This document shows positions 12,561 through 25,200 of a stretch of 64,000 nt of DNA, piece by piece (within the stretch, counting starts at the first letter, position 1; each line of letters opens with the position of its first letter). Origin of the DNA: Raillietiella orientalis (Eukaryota); NCBI GenBank assembly GCA_036172245.1, contig JAYWIR010000015.1, positions 186,001-250,000 of the forward strand. Direction: 5' to 3'. The notes below the pieces were generated by a model. The model had not been told where the DNA came from, ran no database searches, and saw only the letters and a list, made by a program, of their open reading frames with translations. Position numbers and translations under genes: made by a program.

Positions 12561-13500
12561 GCTTCTGCCAAATGTCCTTGTTCTTTCTCAGTTTCCTAAA
12601 TACCCATCAAAATCACTCTGCCGCGTGTCTCGGAACAGTTTCATGGAATCCTCCACCCTGGACGATCATTACGTCACTTTGGGGATCCTCAAGATTCGCC
12701 TTTGAGGATTTCGGACAAGAGCTTGTGCAGTTCACGGAGATCAGGAACAAGGAAAGACACCTTTGAATGTTTCGTTTGTTTTCCTGAGCTCGCGGGATTC
12801 CTCGAGGATCCCTCGCGTTCAAATTGCTTCCCTTTGTGTTCCGGAACCAGAATTTCAGCTTTGCCAAACTCATCAGATCCCTGTTTTTCCTTCTAATCAT
12901 GACTGAATTTCAAGGGAAGGCTCCCGAACCCCGCATCTCCTCAGGAAATTCTTCCTGGAATTGCAGCCGACGAATTGACTCTTTTACCGGCGTACCAGTC
13001 AGATGATATTCACTTGCGGGATGTGGGCGATGGAGATCGTAGTTCCATAAGATTCCCAGAAGGCAAGTGCGATGCAATGGACAGCGGAAAGCAAAAACTT
13101 GCCGTTTCATCACTCCTCATGAAACGGGAAGTGTTTCATCCACTACACTATCTAGTGTAGCGAGTCGGAATTTTGATCAAATTTGCGATCTTGACCGAAG
13201 AAGCCTCGTTTCCGGGGACGTATGGATTTCATCCCTGATGACTTCACATGCTCCAAGGAAGAAATTCTTGCTTTTCTTTCTGTTTGCAACCCGATCTGCC
13301 CTTAAAAGTGGAAAATGGAAAACTGTTTCTGATTGCGACAGGAAGCTAAGAACTCTGTTGCTGCTGGAAAGCTGGAAAAGCAAAGCTGGTATGAGGCAAA
13401 GCGTAGCTTCCAGTTGCACTAGTCACCTAAACACAAACTTAAGGTCGGCTAGACCAGGTCAGTTATGAATCTTTTATCCTGTGTTTGTGTGTGTTGATAA
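12560..13500 (-). pseudogene. Decayed Maverick-type retroviral integrase, copy B, with a chromodomain-like tail
   Basis: QLEATL..LSSSN, VANRKK..GACEVI, IHTSPE (TD.G.EF), SRFMRS/MKRQVF (ERFNRTLK), LLGILWNYDLHRPH (L..YN..H), KNRDLMSLAKLKFWF (GD.VRisk.K..F), LLSEIL (FY..EL). Confidence 0.6.
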
Positions 13501-14319
13501 GACAAGAGTTTTCCGTTATATAAATTACATTGTAAGCTGTAGAAGGAACGTCTTTTAGGTTGCTTTCATCAGTGATCTTTTTAAACAAGCTGTTAACTTA
13601 ATCTGCTGCCTACTTAGAAGGATTCCATTATTTTTATGTATAGGTAATTTATCAGCTATTTATTGTTTTCATCCCTTAAATCTGAGCAAATTAGTCTTGG
13701 GGTAAAGGTCATTGAAATGCCCTAGATAATACTCATGTTTACGGAAAACTTTCATAAGAGCGAATGAAAAGAGAATTATTTATTTTTTCTGAATTTATTT
13801 GTTGAATTATTTAATTATTTTTTCTTTGTTTTGAATTTTTGGAACTCTGAAGAGCATCATACGCTTAAGCAAGGAGAAGATAACACGGGAGATGCTATCA
13901 CGGGAGATGCAGGAAGAAATTTGGAACGCATTTTGTGGTAACTTATATATACAGAATTATGTGAATCGTGACTTCAATTTGATTGAAAACTGCCATTAAT
14001 ATCTATTAGGTGACACATTCAGTTAACCATCTATTTTTTCAACCAAATGTATTCGCATTGCACCTCACATTCTGCATAAAGTTACTAATTACACCTTCAA
14101 AAAGGAAGTTATGTTTTAATCATAATTTTCATGATTATTAATAAATTGTATCTGCTGTTTCTATTCACAGTAGATATGCGATTGGAAGAAAATAATGGCA
14201 TCGATAGAAGAAGAAGTAATTATAACGTGCAAAGAAAAAACAAGAGTCCATTTTCCTGCCTTCATTCTTCCTTCTAATTGGGGCCGTCGATGTTGAGGTC
14301 AAGCTAGAGGTAGTTGCGA

Positions 14320-14770
14320 GCCTCAGAACTCACTGCAAGGAAACATCTACTAACATCGTTAGGAGGTGGATAGTGAAGTTTGAGGAAACAGAGCGAGCAG
14401 AGCACAGCGTGTGGTGTTTGGAAGGCTAACCACCAAGGAATGGACCACTGCAATTCAGAGTCCGTGTATGCGAACTTTTGATGTGGGATGGAGATTAAAA
14501 TTTTAATTTACCGTGACCTCAGTAAGAAATAATTGCGACTAATGAGCCTTCCCATCATCTCTTCAAGTGATCGTTCGAATCCTGCTGCATCGTTGTAGCA
14601 GTTGGTATTTTTCAGATACAGTTCATCCTTTGAGTGACGTCTACTATCACAGCTGTTGTATTTGGGGAAGTGAAACCCAAATGAACCTTCACAGCATGAG
14701 GGTTCCTCAAGATCAACATTTTGGATTACTCCAAAATCCCATGTTACACATTCTTCTTTCAGAACTACTT
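14320..14770 (+). mobile_element. Tc1/mariner-superfamily transposase fragment
   Basis: TNIVRRWIVKFEET (HTH, TIRRW..KFEETG) followed by WYFSDTVH..CCIWGSETQ (WFSDEAHF...RIWGSENP). Confidence 0.6.
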
Positions 14771-14849
14771 TGAAAGTAGTGTTTCGTTTCCTTGTGTATG
14801 GAGCCTCTCTCATTCTTCTGCTAGTTTAAGAAAGGAACATGAATTCATG

Positions 14850-16250
14850 GATTATTCTTCAACACCCAGGGACTGTTAGAGAATTTTCGAACGAGCAATT
14901 TCCTGAAAAATCAATCGGAACTTGGCATATTTTTTCAAGGTTATCTCTCCACTTAATCTTAGTTCGTCTTTTTTTTTTTTTTTCTATAAGGATGTGAGAA
15001 GGGTAGTTTGCCCCATGAAACCACAATCATTGGCAGGATTCCAAAGGAGCTATAAGAGGTATCACACAAACGCAATTTCAGGATGCAATTTAGAATCGGC
15101 TCAAGCATTGCTCAAGATGAACAACAGCTAGAAGTTTCATCAAATAGTACCCCAACTCGAGTTTCACGATTAGCTTAATTTGTTTTGCCCTTTTTGTGAA
15201 TATGTAACCGTATACACATTATTAATATATAGAGATGTACATCCAATAAATGCATGCATGCACCACGACCACATACAAGAGACTAAGAGTTTTGCTTCTA
15301 TAAACCACCAGTGGTTTTATACATTTGCGTGTGCTGGAACAGTTCTGTTTCGTTCCGCTCATTGCAGTGACGCCGGACTAGGATCTCGACCGATCTTCCG
15401 AACATTCAAAGGTGCTTTGGTGAAATGGTTCCTCAAGAGTTTCCATTGAGATGCAGTGGACCCAAGTTATATCACTCTGTTGCCGTGAGGAAGTATCGTC
15501 TTACAGCAGTAAGGAAATAACATGGTGTGCGCTATTCCGAGGTTCAATAGACTTTTCTGTACGGTAAAAGACTAACAGATGCTCGTGTGGATTCGGATTT
15601 GGGAATATTTGGGAATATTAACTGTGCCTTGATGAGAATACCATGAGAATGAAGACCTCACCTGACCCTCCTGAACTATGCAGTCTTTCAACACATGCAT
15701 AAAATTTTCTTCAAACCACACGGAATCAGTAATAGGTTGTGTAGATCAGCTTTCTTGAGCTCGATGGACCCAGATTGAGAACACTTGAGTTTTAAAGATC
15801 AAAGCACTCTGGATCGCTTTGCTGCAGAAAACATGGATTTTCTGATGTTCATCAACGATGCTGATGAAACAGAGCTTCATAGGAATGACAGTTAGAAGGA
15901 AACTTGAGCGAAAAGGTTTTGTATCCACAGAAAAAAAAAACGTCAGCAACCAGTGGCTCTCGTATATCGCAGCGCAGACCCAATGAGAGCAAACGATGCA
16001 GCTGTCATAGGTGGTTCCATCTCCTTGAAAACATTCTTAAAGTTAATATCCAAGTTCCGATAGATATCCCCCGTATTCTTTTGCGGCATTTCTTCCTGGT
16101 TAACGTTTCGCCCTCATGTTTTTCATTCTAAAAACTTTTCATGACGTCTCCAATGTTGCCATCCGGAGTGCAAGGCTGTTTTCTTGGCTTACGAGTGTAG
16201 AAAGGTGGAAAAAAACCTAAAAGTGGGACGATGGGACTCAGAAGAGGAAA
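14850..16250 (+). pseudogene. Decayed Maverick major capsid protein
   Basis: EVSSNSTPTR (vs...YPYR), DAGLGSR...VKWFLKSFH*DAVDPSYITLLP*G (N.GL..R...g.lH.D.f.q..Ll.g), LTDARV, SVIGCVD/SAFL..EHLSFK (IG.VD..AFNG..NPF.F). Confidence 0.45.
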
Positions 16251-16699
16251 AGGAAATTGAGATGCTTCTTAGTATGCAGTTTTTTTCGCAGTTAATCATG
16301 CTAACGCAGGCATTAAATAAATCTTGAATTAGTAGCATGGAAAAAGACCGAGCGAATGCGAAGAGTTTGCTCTCGTGACAATTCGATGACAGCAGCAGCT
16401 TGTTTCCTTGTTCCTTACTCTTAGGTGCATCTTCCTCGAAACAGTTCATACGTCAAGTCGCCCGCGAATACTCTGTGCGGGCTTTTCCTCCCAGAAAAAC
16501 AGGGTTCAGGAAAGGTAACAAATTGGAAATTCAAGTAATCAACTGAAAATCCTCATAATACGCCGGCAATGGCTCTAATGGCGTTCTGGGATGCTGCCTT
16601 GCTACTGTGCTTTAATCCCAATCTCGGAGCTTGGATCAATCCGAATTCATGATAGTTCTCATATGAAACAGTCAAATGTGAAGTCTGTTCCTAGGAATT

Positions 16700-17230
16700 T
16701 GCATCATTAGGCTCGGCTGCCCTGATCCCACAGTCATCCAGCCCACCAGCCCCCACAAATCTAGCACCAAAGACCCATATTCATCACAGTATCCGACGCA
16801 GTCCGAAAAAAAATCGTTCACGTTGAAGCGAGCGTGGATGAAAAAAGCACGAGTTTCCAAGGATCATCCGTTTTCTTGCCAAAATCCTTCCACGTTTTGA
16901 TTTCGAGAGAATTTCTTGTTCAATCATTGCAGGGGAGGCTGCAGCATGTATGTATGCACGAGGACCATTCAGTAACAGCCAACTGCGATTCTGACGCCAG
17001 CAAATTGATGCCAAGTGGTTTGTGGACGTATAGAACTTACCACACTGACTCAGACGACATGTCTGGAATAAATAGACTACATTTGATGTATAGCTTACGC
17101 TCAAGAACGCGTGTTCTAGAAAGTTGTGAAAAACTTTCCCTTTCATTTGTGAATTCGAAATTCGCATAGTTTCTATTGATGCAAACAAATTTTCAACATC
17201 TTCCAAAGTGATCGAAAAATTATAGAAAGT
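16700..17230 (-). pseudogene. Decayed adenovirus-type (Maverick) cysteine protease
   Basis: KGKVF..FL, YLFQT..SQCG...NHLASI (iNtd..pG.HWvai), RSLQ plus SDCVGYC (lQ...s..CG.yC). Weak on its own; supported by the neighbouring Maverick-like remnants. Confidence 0.35.
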
Positions 17231-17399
17231 TACAGTAATCATATAAATCATATAGTCATTTGCTTTTGTAGATTAAAGCATATTTTGCAGTTTCCACATA
17301 AGAGTGATTATAAAGCGTTAGTATTTTTATTGAAATGGAATTGAATTGATTATCTCACAGGATCTACATTGTGTCGCAATAAGTATTTAGAGCAATCAC

Positions 17400-18150
17400 G
17401 TTTCTATGTATTACTTCGCGTGAAAATTGCGTAGCAGGGCATTCCGTTCCCCTCATGTGGCTACTGCACTTCATATTATAACAAGCACACGCCCTTATGT
17501 GGAGATGAGATCCACATATCTGAAATAAAACCTTGGCACCTCTCTTGGGCATCGCAGTCAAATCAGCCATCTGGACAAGATCAGTGGACGCGTCGGTCCA
17601 CTTCGTTGAGCGTCCAGCCATCGGTGGGATACTTTGCAGGTTGCAGGTGGCTTGCATACATTCTGTTGCTTCTAGCGACGAGCCGAACGTCTCGATGACT
17701 CCGAAGGCCTTGAGAACGAAGCGCAAGGATCTCACGTCTCCGTGGTGCTCGGAGCTCAGGACGCTTCGCAGTTTCAGATCACCTAGATGCAAACGCCTCA
17801 AGAAAATGTCCCGCCATCTTGGCATAAGCCTTTCATCAGAGTAATTGCTGCGAATGCAGTTATTCATGTTTTGAATGGATTTCAGACAAAGTGCGGGAGC
17901 AGGATTCCATCCATAATCTGAGGAGGTTTCCGCGCAGTCAACAAGGCCCTTTGAATCCGAAGGGAGAAAAAAAAGGAGGACGGCAATTTCCCTGAGGCCG
18001 AAGAATCGCTCCCTGAAGCAGGATCACCAGGAAAAAAGTCCTACTCCACCGCTGGTTTCGAAGCTCCCTCATTTTCAGAAGAACTTCCGCTATCGTATGG
18101 CGGCGACGATCCCATGGCAAGACTCTGGACTTCAATTTGCCAACAAGAAG
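17400..18150 (-). mobile_element. Possible decayed Ty3/Gypsy gag
   Basis: WDRRR..VLLKMREL (GDRKPSQLLR.MR.L), SDERLM..IFLRRL, and a C-terminal ICGSHLHIRACAC knuckle-like segment. Confidence 0.3.
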
Positions 18151-19249
18151 AAGCGCTTATGGAGCAGTTGACGGATCAACCTACTGTGGAAGCAAAGAAC
18201 TCGAATCCAACCAATACGTGAAAGCACGTGCAAACCCGTTTTTTGCATCTCTTTCGACGGTGCCTGAAAATTCCACCGTACCTTCCAAACTGATGGTAAG
18301 TTGAAATTTCAGGAGAATATGAATCCCCTTCTATGCATGTCCAAGTCTGCTACATTCGCGCAAGACTACGTACAATGAGCTGCTCATGATGCCCGGATCG
18401 TTGTTTTCAGAACAGGAAACATGGCATAGCAACAAGATATTAAGTTTAGCAGATGTTGATTTTAGCAAATGTGTTCTGGGAGCTGCATCACCCGAAAGTT
18501 ATAGGACAGTATACTATCACGCATGCAGAGGAGGGGGAGGGGGGCATGGAGACGCTGTACAGTTCCCGAAAGTTTGCACTGGATTTCTCCGGCAGGCTTT
18601 TTTCCTTTCGCGAGAGCACACGATCCCTCGCTTATTGTGGTCCGTCCTCCATTTTGAGAATTTTCCTTTGTCATTACAGAGTTGGCAATTATTGCTTTCA
18701 TTCGTTTCAGCTTTGATGGCCGTGTTTGAGTAGGAGTTGCTGCTCCACTCTTCTTTTTGCTATCTGTTTGTCTTCAAGTATCCTAATTCCAAAAGACAAC
18801 CCAGCAATCCGCTTCCAGAAGGCATTCCAAGATTTTTTAATTGCCGCTTTCCAGCCCATTGTGTTGGAAGTCAAAGATAGGGGGGGAGCGTAGTCGTTCG
18901 GTGTAATGATGCAAGAATAGCCAAGCTTCCTGCCATCTCAGTCGTTTTTCTGTATGATTCCTTCGATCGGGTCTTTAAGTCCGAACATCTGGCGAAACTG
19001 AGGAGGAGTCAGCACGTCGGATCCACCAATTCTTCTCACGTTTTAAAAATCGGTTGTGTGCGAATTCCTCTCTTTGATCAACGACGGCAACAGCAACAGC
19101 AAAAAAAAAAGCAATAAAGACATTTTCTCTTGACTTGAAGTCAAGCACCCTCTACTGCGTGTGTTTTTTGAGCAGGATCACCATCTCCAATGGCAAGGCA
19201 TGAGTGCTCATTAATAAAAAAGATTTCCCGTGCCTCCCCTTGCTAGATG

Positions 19250-22200
19250 CTTCCTGGGTCTCTAGCTTTTCATCTTGGGAGCAAGTCCCATCTGGGTAGG
19301 CAAACATCGGGAGACGGATGCAAACAACGGGAACCAGGGTGGAGCGAAGATGAACCGTCTCCAGAAACTGGGAAGCTGCAAATCGTGGGTATGAGAGCAT
19401 GCTTCCAGCAGAGGAGATCAGCGGACAGAAGATAGAAAGGCACCTCTGGGCGAGATATGCATCTGGAGAACCTGCGGAAGCAGATTCAAATCTCCACCTG
19501 AGATGCATCGTCCCGTTGGTGTGCTACGCGGCTCGAACAGCTACTGAGATGTATTCGCTGAGGAGTTGGCTGCAGGAACGAGCGGTCAGCTTGTCTTGAA
19601 AACACTTGAACACTTGTCTTGATCGGAAATGAAAAGTCAATTCCTGAGTCGGGCATACTGTTCTGCAGGAAGATTTTCCATGCAACCGAGAACACTTGGG
19701 GTCTGCGGGATTTGCCCATGAGGCGCGTCTCAGTACACTACCTGTGGGAGCCTCCGTTACCAGAGATTGAACCTGAACTAGATTTGCTAATTCGTAACAT
19801 GAGAAGAATCCCTCAAGCACGTACGCAGTCAAGGAATCAGCAGCTCGGCTCTAATGGCTGAAAGACCGGATGGGCTGCAGTCTGGATAAAGAGACTCCTC
19901 TTTAAGGATCTTGGAGAGATCATTTAGCACAGAAATGTTGGGACTCGTCTCCTGCCGGCTCGTTCTTGGGACGGACCCCAAGTGTGATGAAGATCTAGCA
20001 CTCCAGAGCGGAGGACGAGTGCTGGATGTCGTTTGTCCACTTGAGAGCTAAATGATCTCTTCAAGAGAGTCAAGAAGAAGAGGACGGTGAAAAAGTATTG
20101 AGGTTTAGCCCTTCGTTGGAACGTGTGTTCTCTTGTGAGAAAGATCGCTGCAGCATCTTTGGGATCATGAAGCCTCACCTGATCTGAGGTGAGGGGAAGA
20201 CTGAAGACAGATCACATCAGCAAGCAAATGGTGCACTTCGAACATCAAACAATTCCGAGATGCACATCAGGAGTCAGTTGGACCACGCTGACCTAGGCCA
20301 CGATGAACTCAACCTCCGAGAGAACCAGTTTCGTCTGGAGAGTGAGGGAAGGACAGACTACTTCGGACGTGAAAATGAACTGGCTGTTTGAGTGGGGATC
20401 GCCGAGGTCATTGACTCCAGGCGGAGCGGTTGCATTTACACGTGCCCTCGTGGTTGGAGGTTTCTGACGGAAACAATAAAAGATTGGCAGCCGCAAGAAG
20501 AGTCCGCATTGAAGATCGAACCATCCAATTCACTGACTGGTTAAAAGAACCTCCTCGCATCTCGAGATCGACTCATGCCGACCTTCTTCCATCTTTCTGT
20601 TCTTCTGAATCTGGACTGAGGGAGCAGGGAAAGGAGCGAAAAAGGAGGAACAAATTTCCTTTCTCAGAGAGCGCGAAATTGGCATTCCAGACGACTCACG
20701 CAGCTGCAGGATGCACCGGGACTTCGTTCCTACGATTCTGTCTAATACATGTGTCAATATGTGTTTCGTGGCGTCTGCAAGAGATGTCCACTTCCGTCAG
20801 TCGATTCTGCTATAAACATAGCAGAATCATGGGCATCCCGCTCTTGCATAAACATGCAAGAGCGGGATGCCCATCGATGATCAGCAACACCCGCAGCAAC
20901 GATTCTGGATCAGTGATGGAAACACGGATGCCGCCTCTCTCCTCACGTGTTCATTAAATTCTTTTTCTCCGCCTCCTCGTGATCACTCTTGTCACTGAGG
21001 CATCACGTCCTGTTTCTCCATCTTCCCGTGATGCGAATCGAGTGTGATCTCAGAGTGGATGTTTTGCTTCTCTCAGCTAAGCCTTCGTCCAGGAAGTGCG
21101 GTGGAAAGCTTCTTGCCAGGAAGACACCTGACACCTGCAGACCCCATCCACTGAGTCAATATTTAAAGACGTGCGCGAGCCTCGCATGAAAAATTCCTTC
21201 TTCAGCTTTCAGAGTTACTGTAAACATCGGGATGCTGAAGTGCGAGCAGCGGACCACACTTGGGGTGACTGCTCCGTCGGATACTTTTTACCTGCAGAAG
21301 GGAGGGTCGGCCTCCGAGGTGCTCAAGACACCCCAGAAACGTGTACATCGCCTCCACATTTGCGTTGATGATTTATCCTGACGACCATAGCCTCAGATGG
21401 TTCCTGTTCACTCATGGTCTCGACAGAGGAATGGCAAATTTTTCTCAACCGTGAACGCCACATTAGAAAGCATCCTTCGATATATCCTCTAGTGATAGCA
21501 AGATGCTCAAGGCTATATAGGATTTCCTAGTTCGTTCTCCAGGATTACGGAACAGTCAGCTATTATCGCTCGCCCTTGGAGGTCTTCTCCAAAGAAGTCA
21601 GTTTTCCTGGAAAACCGAATCACACAAGGCGAAATAACACCCGTGGCTGTCGCTTTCTTCTGGATTAGCAAAACAACGAGTGGACGACGAAGACAACAGA
21701 CCAAATAAAACCACAAGCGTGCGGGCAGAATCTCAAGAACCCAGCCTCTTTTCTGCTGCTCCTAGGCAACGGGTCTCAGAATTCCCATCGTGGGAAACCG
21801 GTTTTCAATGTGTCCCGACTTCCAAGCAGTGTTCCTGATCTTTCTACAGGCTCGCAGACACCTGCATGGAACAGTGTGCCTCTGCGCCAGACAGAGATAC
21901 TTTCTTTATTGTCTATTAAGCGATTCCAGCATGCAAGAAACAGGGGCCGAGCGGTTGCGCTTTTAATCAAAATCCTCCTACCAGTGGGATGGACGCCCAG
22001 TATATTTCACGCTGGTTGTAGTTTCACGACATGACGCAGGAACTATCGGTTTTCTTTACGACGACAAGCCAGGTACACGGGAATGAATCTGAAGTAAAGT
22101 GGACCATATAGCTGAAATATACTCAGGAGTTCGAAACATGCTCGGATACAGGAAATGACTTGGAAATCATTTCTATTACCCGTTCCTGCAAATGAACTCG

Positions 22201-25200
22201 GGAATTTCACGTTGATGGCACACAGGTGCACATCCCCATTTCGATTGGGGAGAGGAAAAAGAAAAAGAAAAAAACGAAAGCGGAGGCAGTCGAGAATGAG
22301 TTGGCACTTTTTTAACGCTCCATACAAAGCGCAGAGCTGAGGAACGGAGGGGACACGGACACACCACAGAAAGATGTGCTGTTGTTCTTCGAGCCGCCGA
22401 GTGCAGCAAAGCTCTTCGATCCCGAAATCTTCTGGGTTTCCTTCGCTTCCCTCGAATCACGCGGAGTGATTCAAGGGAATCGCACCCCTACTATCCTCTT
22501 GCCGGTTGTGTTCCGCCGCAACCCTCGAGAGCAAGAGAGGCCCAGGTCCTCGCTTGCTTTCTCGCATGCTCCAAAGAGGCAGCGTCATGGTTTGTTTAAC
22601 GACGTCAAAGTTTCATTCCTATGGAAGGTAGCTGAACAAGCTGGAGCTGCATCATCTAGCAAACTGGAGTGCAGCGCCACCTCGGATCATGAAACATTCT
22701 CGTGCGGAAGAACTCCACGGCGGCGCAGGCACACAGGTGGATAGTAAAGAAGACGTTTGAAAGTTCAAGGCCGCTTGGAGATTTGAGGGTATGAGGGCAG
22801 AATAAATGTCGGATGAAAGTGAAAGCCCTTTTTTGCTTTTTCTTCCTTCAGATGTTTTAAAAATTCAAGTTGCGGTCCATTTCCATTTCAAAGTTGAGCG
22901 GCACAAAGAGAGTCGTCTTGCAATCTTGTGCGCGTCTAATAAAGAAGGAATAGACAAGTGGAGAACAAGAAAAAATCCACTGAAGGAGGAATTAAAACAT
23001 GACGGCTTTCGCGCTTCTTGACGGACAGTTAACGACTAGATCTGCCCTTCAGCAAAGCAGGAAAAATCTCAGGAAAAGCACTTCCACAAGAGCTCACTTT
23101 TAGATCATTCAGATGTGGTTTCCAAAGTATATATATGTATATATAAAAAAAATTGGTTTCCAAATCAGTGGAAACCAATTCCGAAAGTCGGACTGCCAGT
23201 GGATCTCCTTCATCCTGCTCGCACTAATGGTGAGAAGTTTTCTGTTTTCGTTCTTAAGAGGGTGAAGCGAATAGCGGAACGCACCCTTCTGAAGATCAGG
23301 GAATCTTCTGTAGCAGAAAAGGTCAGAGAGTAAATGTCAGTGCCTTGCTTTGCCTATTTCTGTTCCATGGGGATTCCGAATGCCTCAGCTTCTCCTTCCT
23401 GAAAGAAAGTTTAACGAACATGCCGGCGCCCCAGCGATCATCTTAGCCTTTGGTCAAAAGGAGAGATTCTTTCGAATGCATCACTTGGCAACTTGACTTT
23501 GTTGTTGATGATTTCTTATTTTTTCGTTTCAGAAAAGTCTTTTCCATTCTGGAATCCCGAATTGCTCTTCCTGAAATTCCCTCTCCTAGACTTCAGGAAG
23601 ATGGATCTCGAGAGTGCAGATCTCTGTGCTTTTAAACGATGTGATTTGGCTTAAGAAAACGAGCGTTCTTATCAGCGGATGTTTCCTGATCTCATGTTTC
23701 ACCACTGGGCCATAGCTGTCAGTTATCCTGGACAAGAGACGTTCCAGAATGTGTGTGCAAAAGTATTTTCTGATTTCTCGACGGGAAAGTTTGTTTCCTG
23801 AACGGGTGAAGGGTTTTCCTGCTGGAAGCAGGGAATCGGGTAATTCCAAAGTGATCATCTCATAGCTCAATGATCTAAGCTTCTGAGCTCCAAGGAACAA
23901 TTGGATAATTAAACTTTTAATCTTTTGATCGCATCGAAGAAATCATGGATCGCCACGAATCACTCCCTCACGAACAAGTTTTTTTTTTTAAAAAAAAAAA
24001 AAATTGGCAACGATTTATTACGCCAAAAAAGAGTGTGATCTTAATTTCTCTGCTAAAGTTTTTAGGAAATCATGGAAATAATTAAGAGTACCAGCAAATC
24101 CCGCACGATTCATCAAAAAGTCTTTTGAAATTTAGAAATTGATTAGCATCGATCGTGTCTGTTATTACTTTTCAAGTCTGTATGTTCCTAATTCTTTGCT
24201 TTCCTCCTTGATCACAGTTATGGAGGCGTCTGATACTTCTGTCAGGTTATTTCGGATTCTTAGAGAGTTGAGAATTTTGATCTCCTGAATGCCTTTTTAT
24301 TCTTTCGAAAATGAAAAAAAAAAATCATAATTTCCGAATGGAATAATTCTTTACGTAACCGGCGCTACCTGGATTCTCATTTTCAATGGTTTTGCTCTTC
24401 ACCCATCCTTTTCACCGCTGCCCTCACAAAAGTCACGTAATTAAGGACAATTGTTCTCTATCAAAAAAAGGAAAAGAAGAAAAACCTTTATTTCGTTTCT
24501 GTTCTATGGAATGCATGGAAAGTTTTCCATGTTAGGTCGCAGCACTTTCTCAGATAGTTGTTCCTCAGTGAAGTGGAAGTCAAGCATGGGCATTACCAAT
24601 TTCATTTCTTTTCGTTCTTGTTAACATGTGTGCGCTGAAAGGTCACAGGGGTCTCCGATGCTTTCGTTTGGAGGACTTCATCCTTGCCTCCTGGGAAACA
24701 GCACGGGGTCTTTGCCGCTTCGGATGCAAATGACAGTGCCTATGAAGACAGCCATCAATCGAGAATCTCTCCTATTCCACATCAGACTCTCCGATCCTCA
24801 TCTTATTGAAAAACATCGAGCATCGATTAGCTTTCTGGATTGTGGGGAAAGAATCTAATGTATTGGAATAGTTGATCAATCAATTGCTGATTTATTTGGA
24901 ACTAAAAGAAGCAGTCTTGTCGTGCATAAGCGACCTTGGTGTTTTCTTTAGCCTGTGTTCAGACATTGAGAACCGAATCTTTAAACCTTCACCACAGTTT
25001 AGCGATATGCAAGGAAACGTCCTCCATGGCACGATGATGCTTTCAAAAGTTTTCGTTGATTTCCTCATTATATATTCCATATTAATTTGCACGTTCACAT
25101 TTTTATGCGTATTCTAAATCCGAGAAACCAATCGTTTCAGTGGCACCTATCTGAATTGGAAGGTGCGTTGCCAAATCCCAAGGTCTGACATTTCATATTC

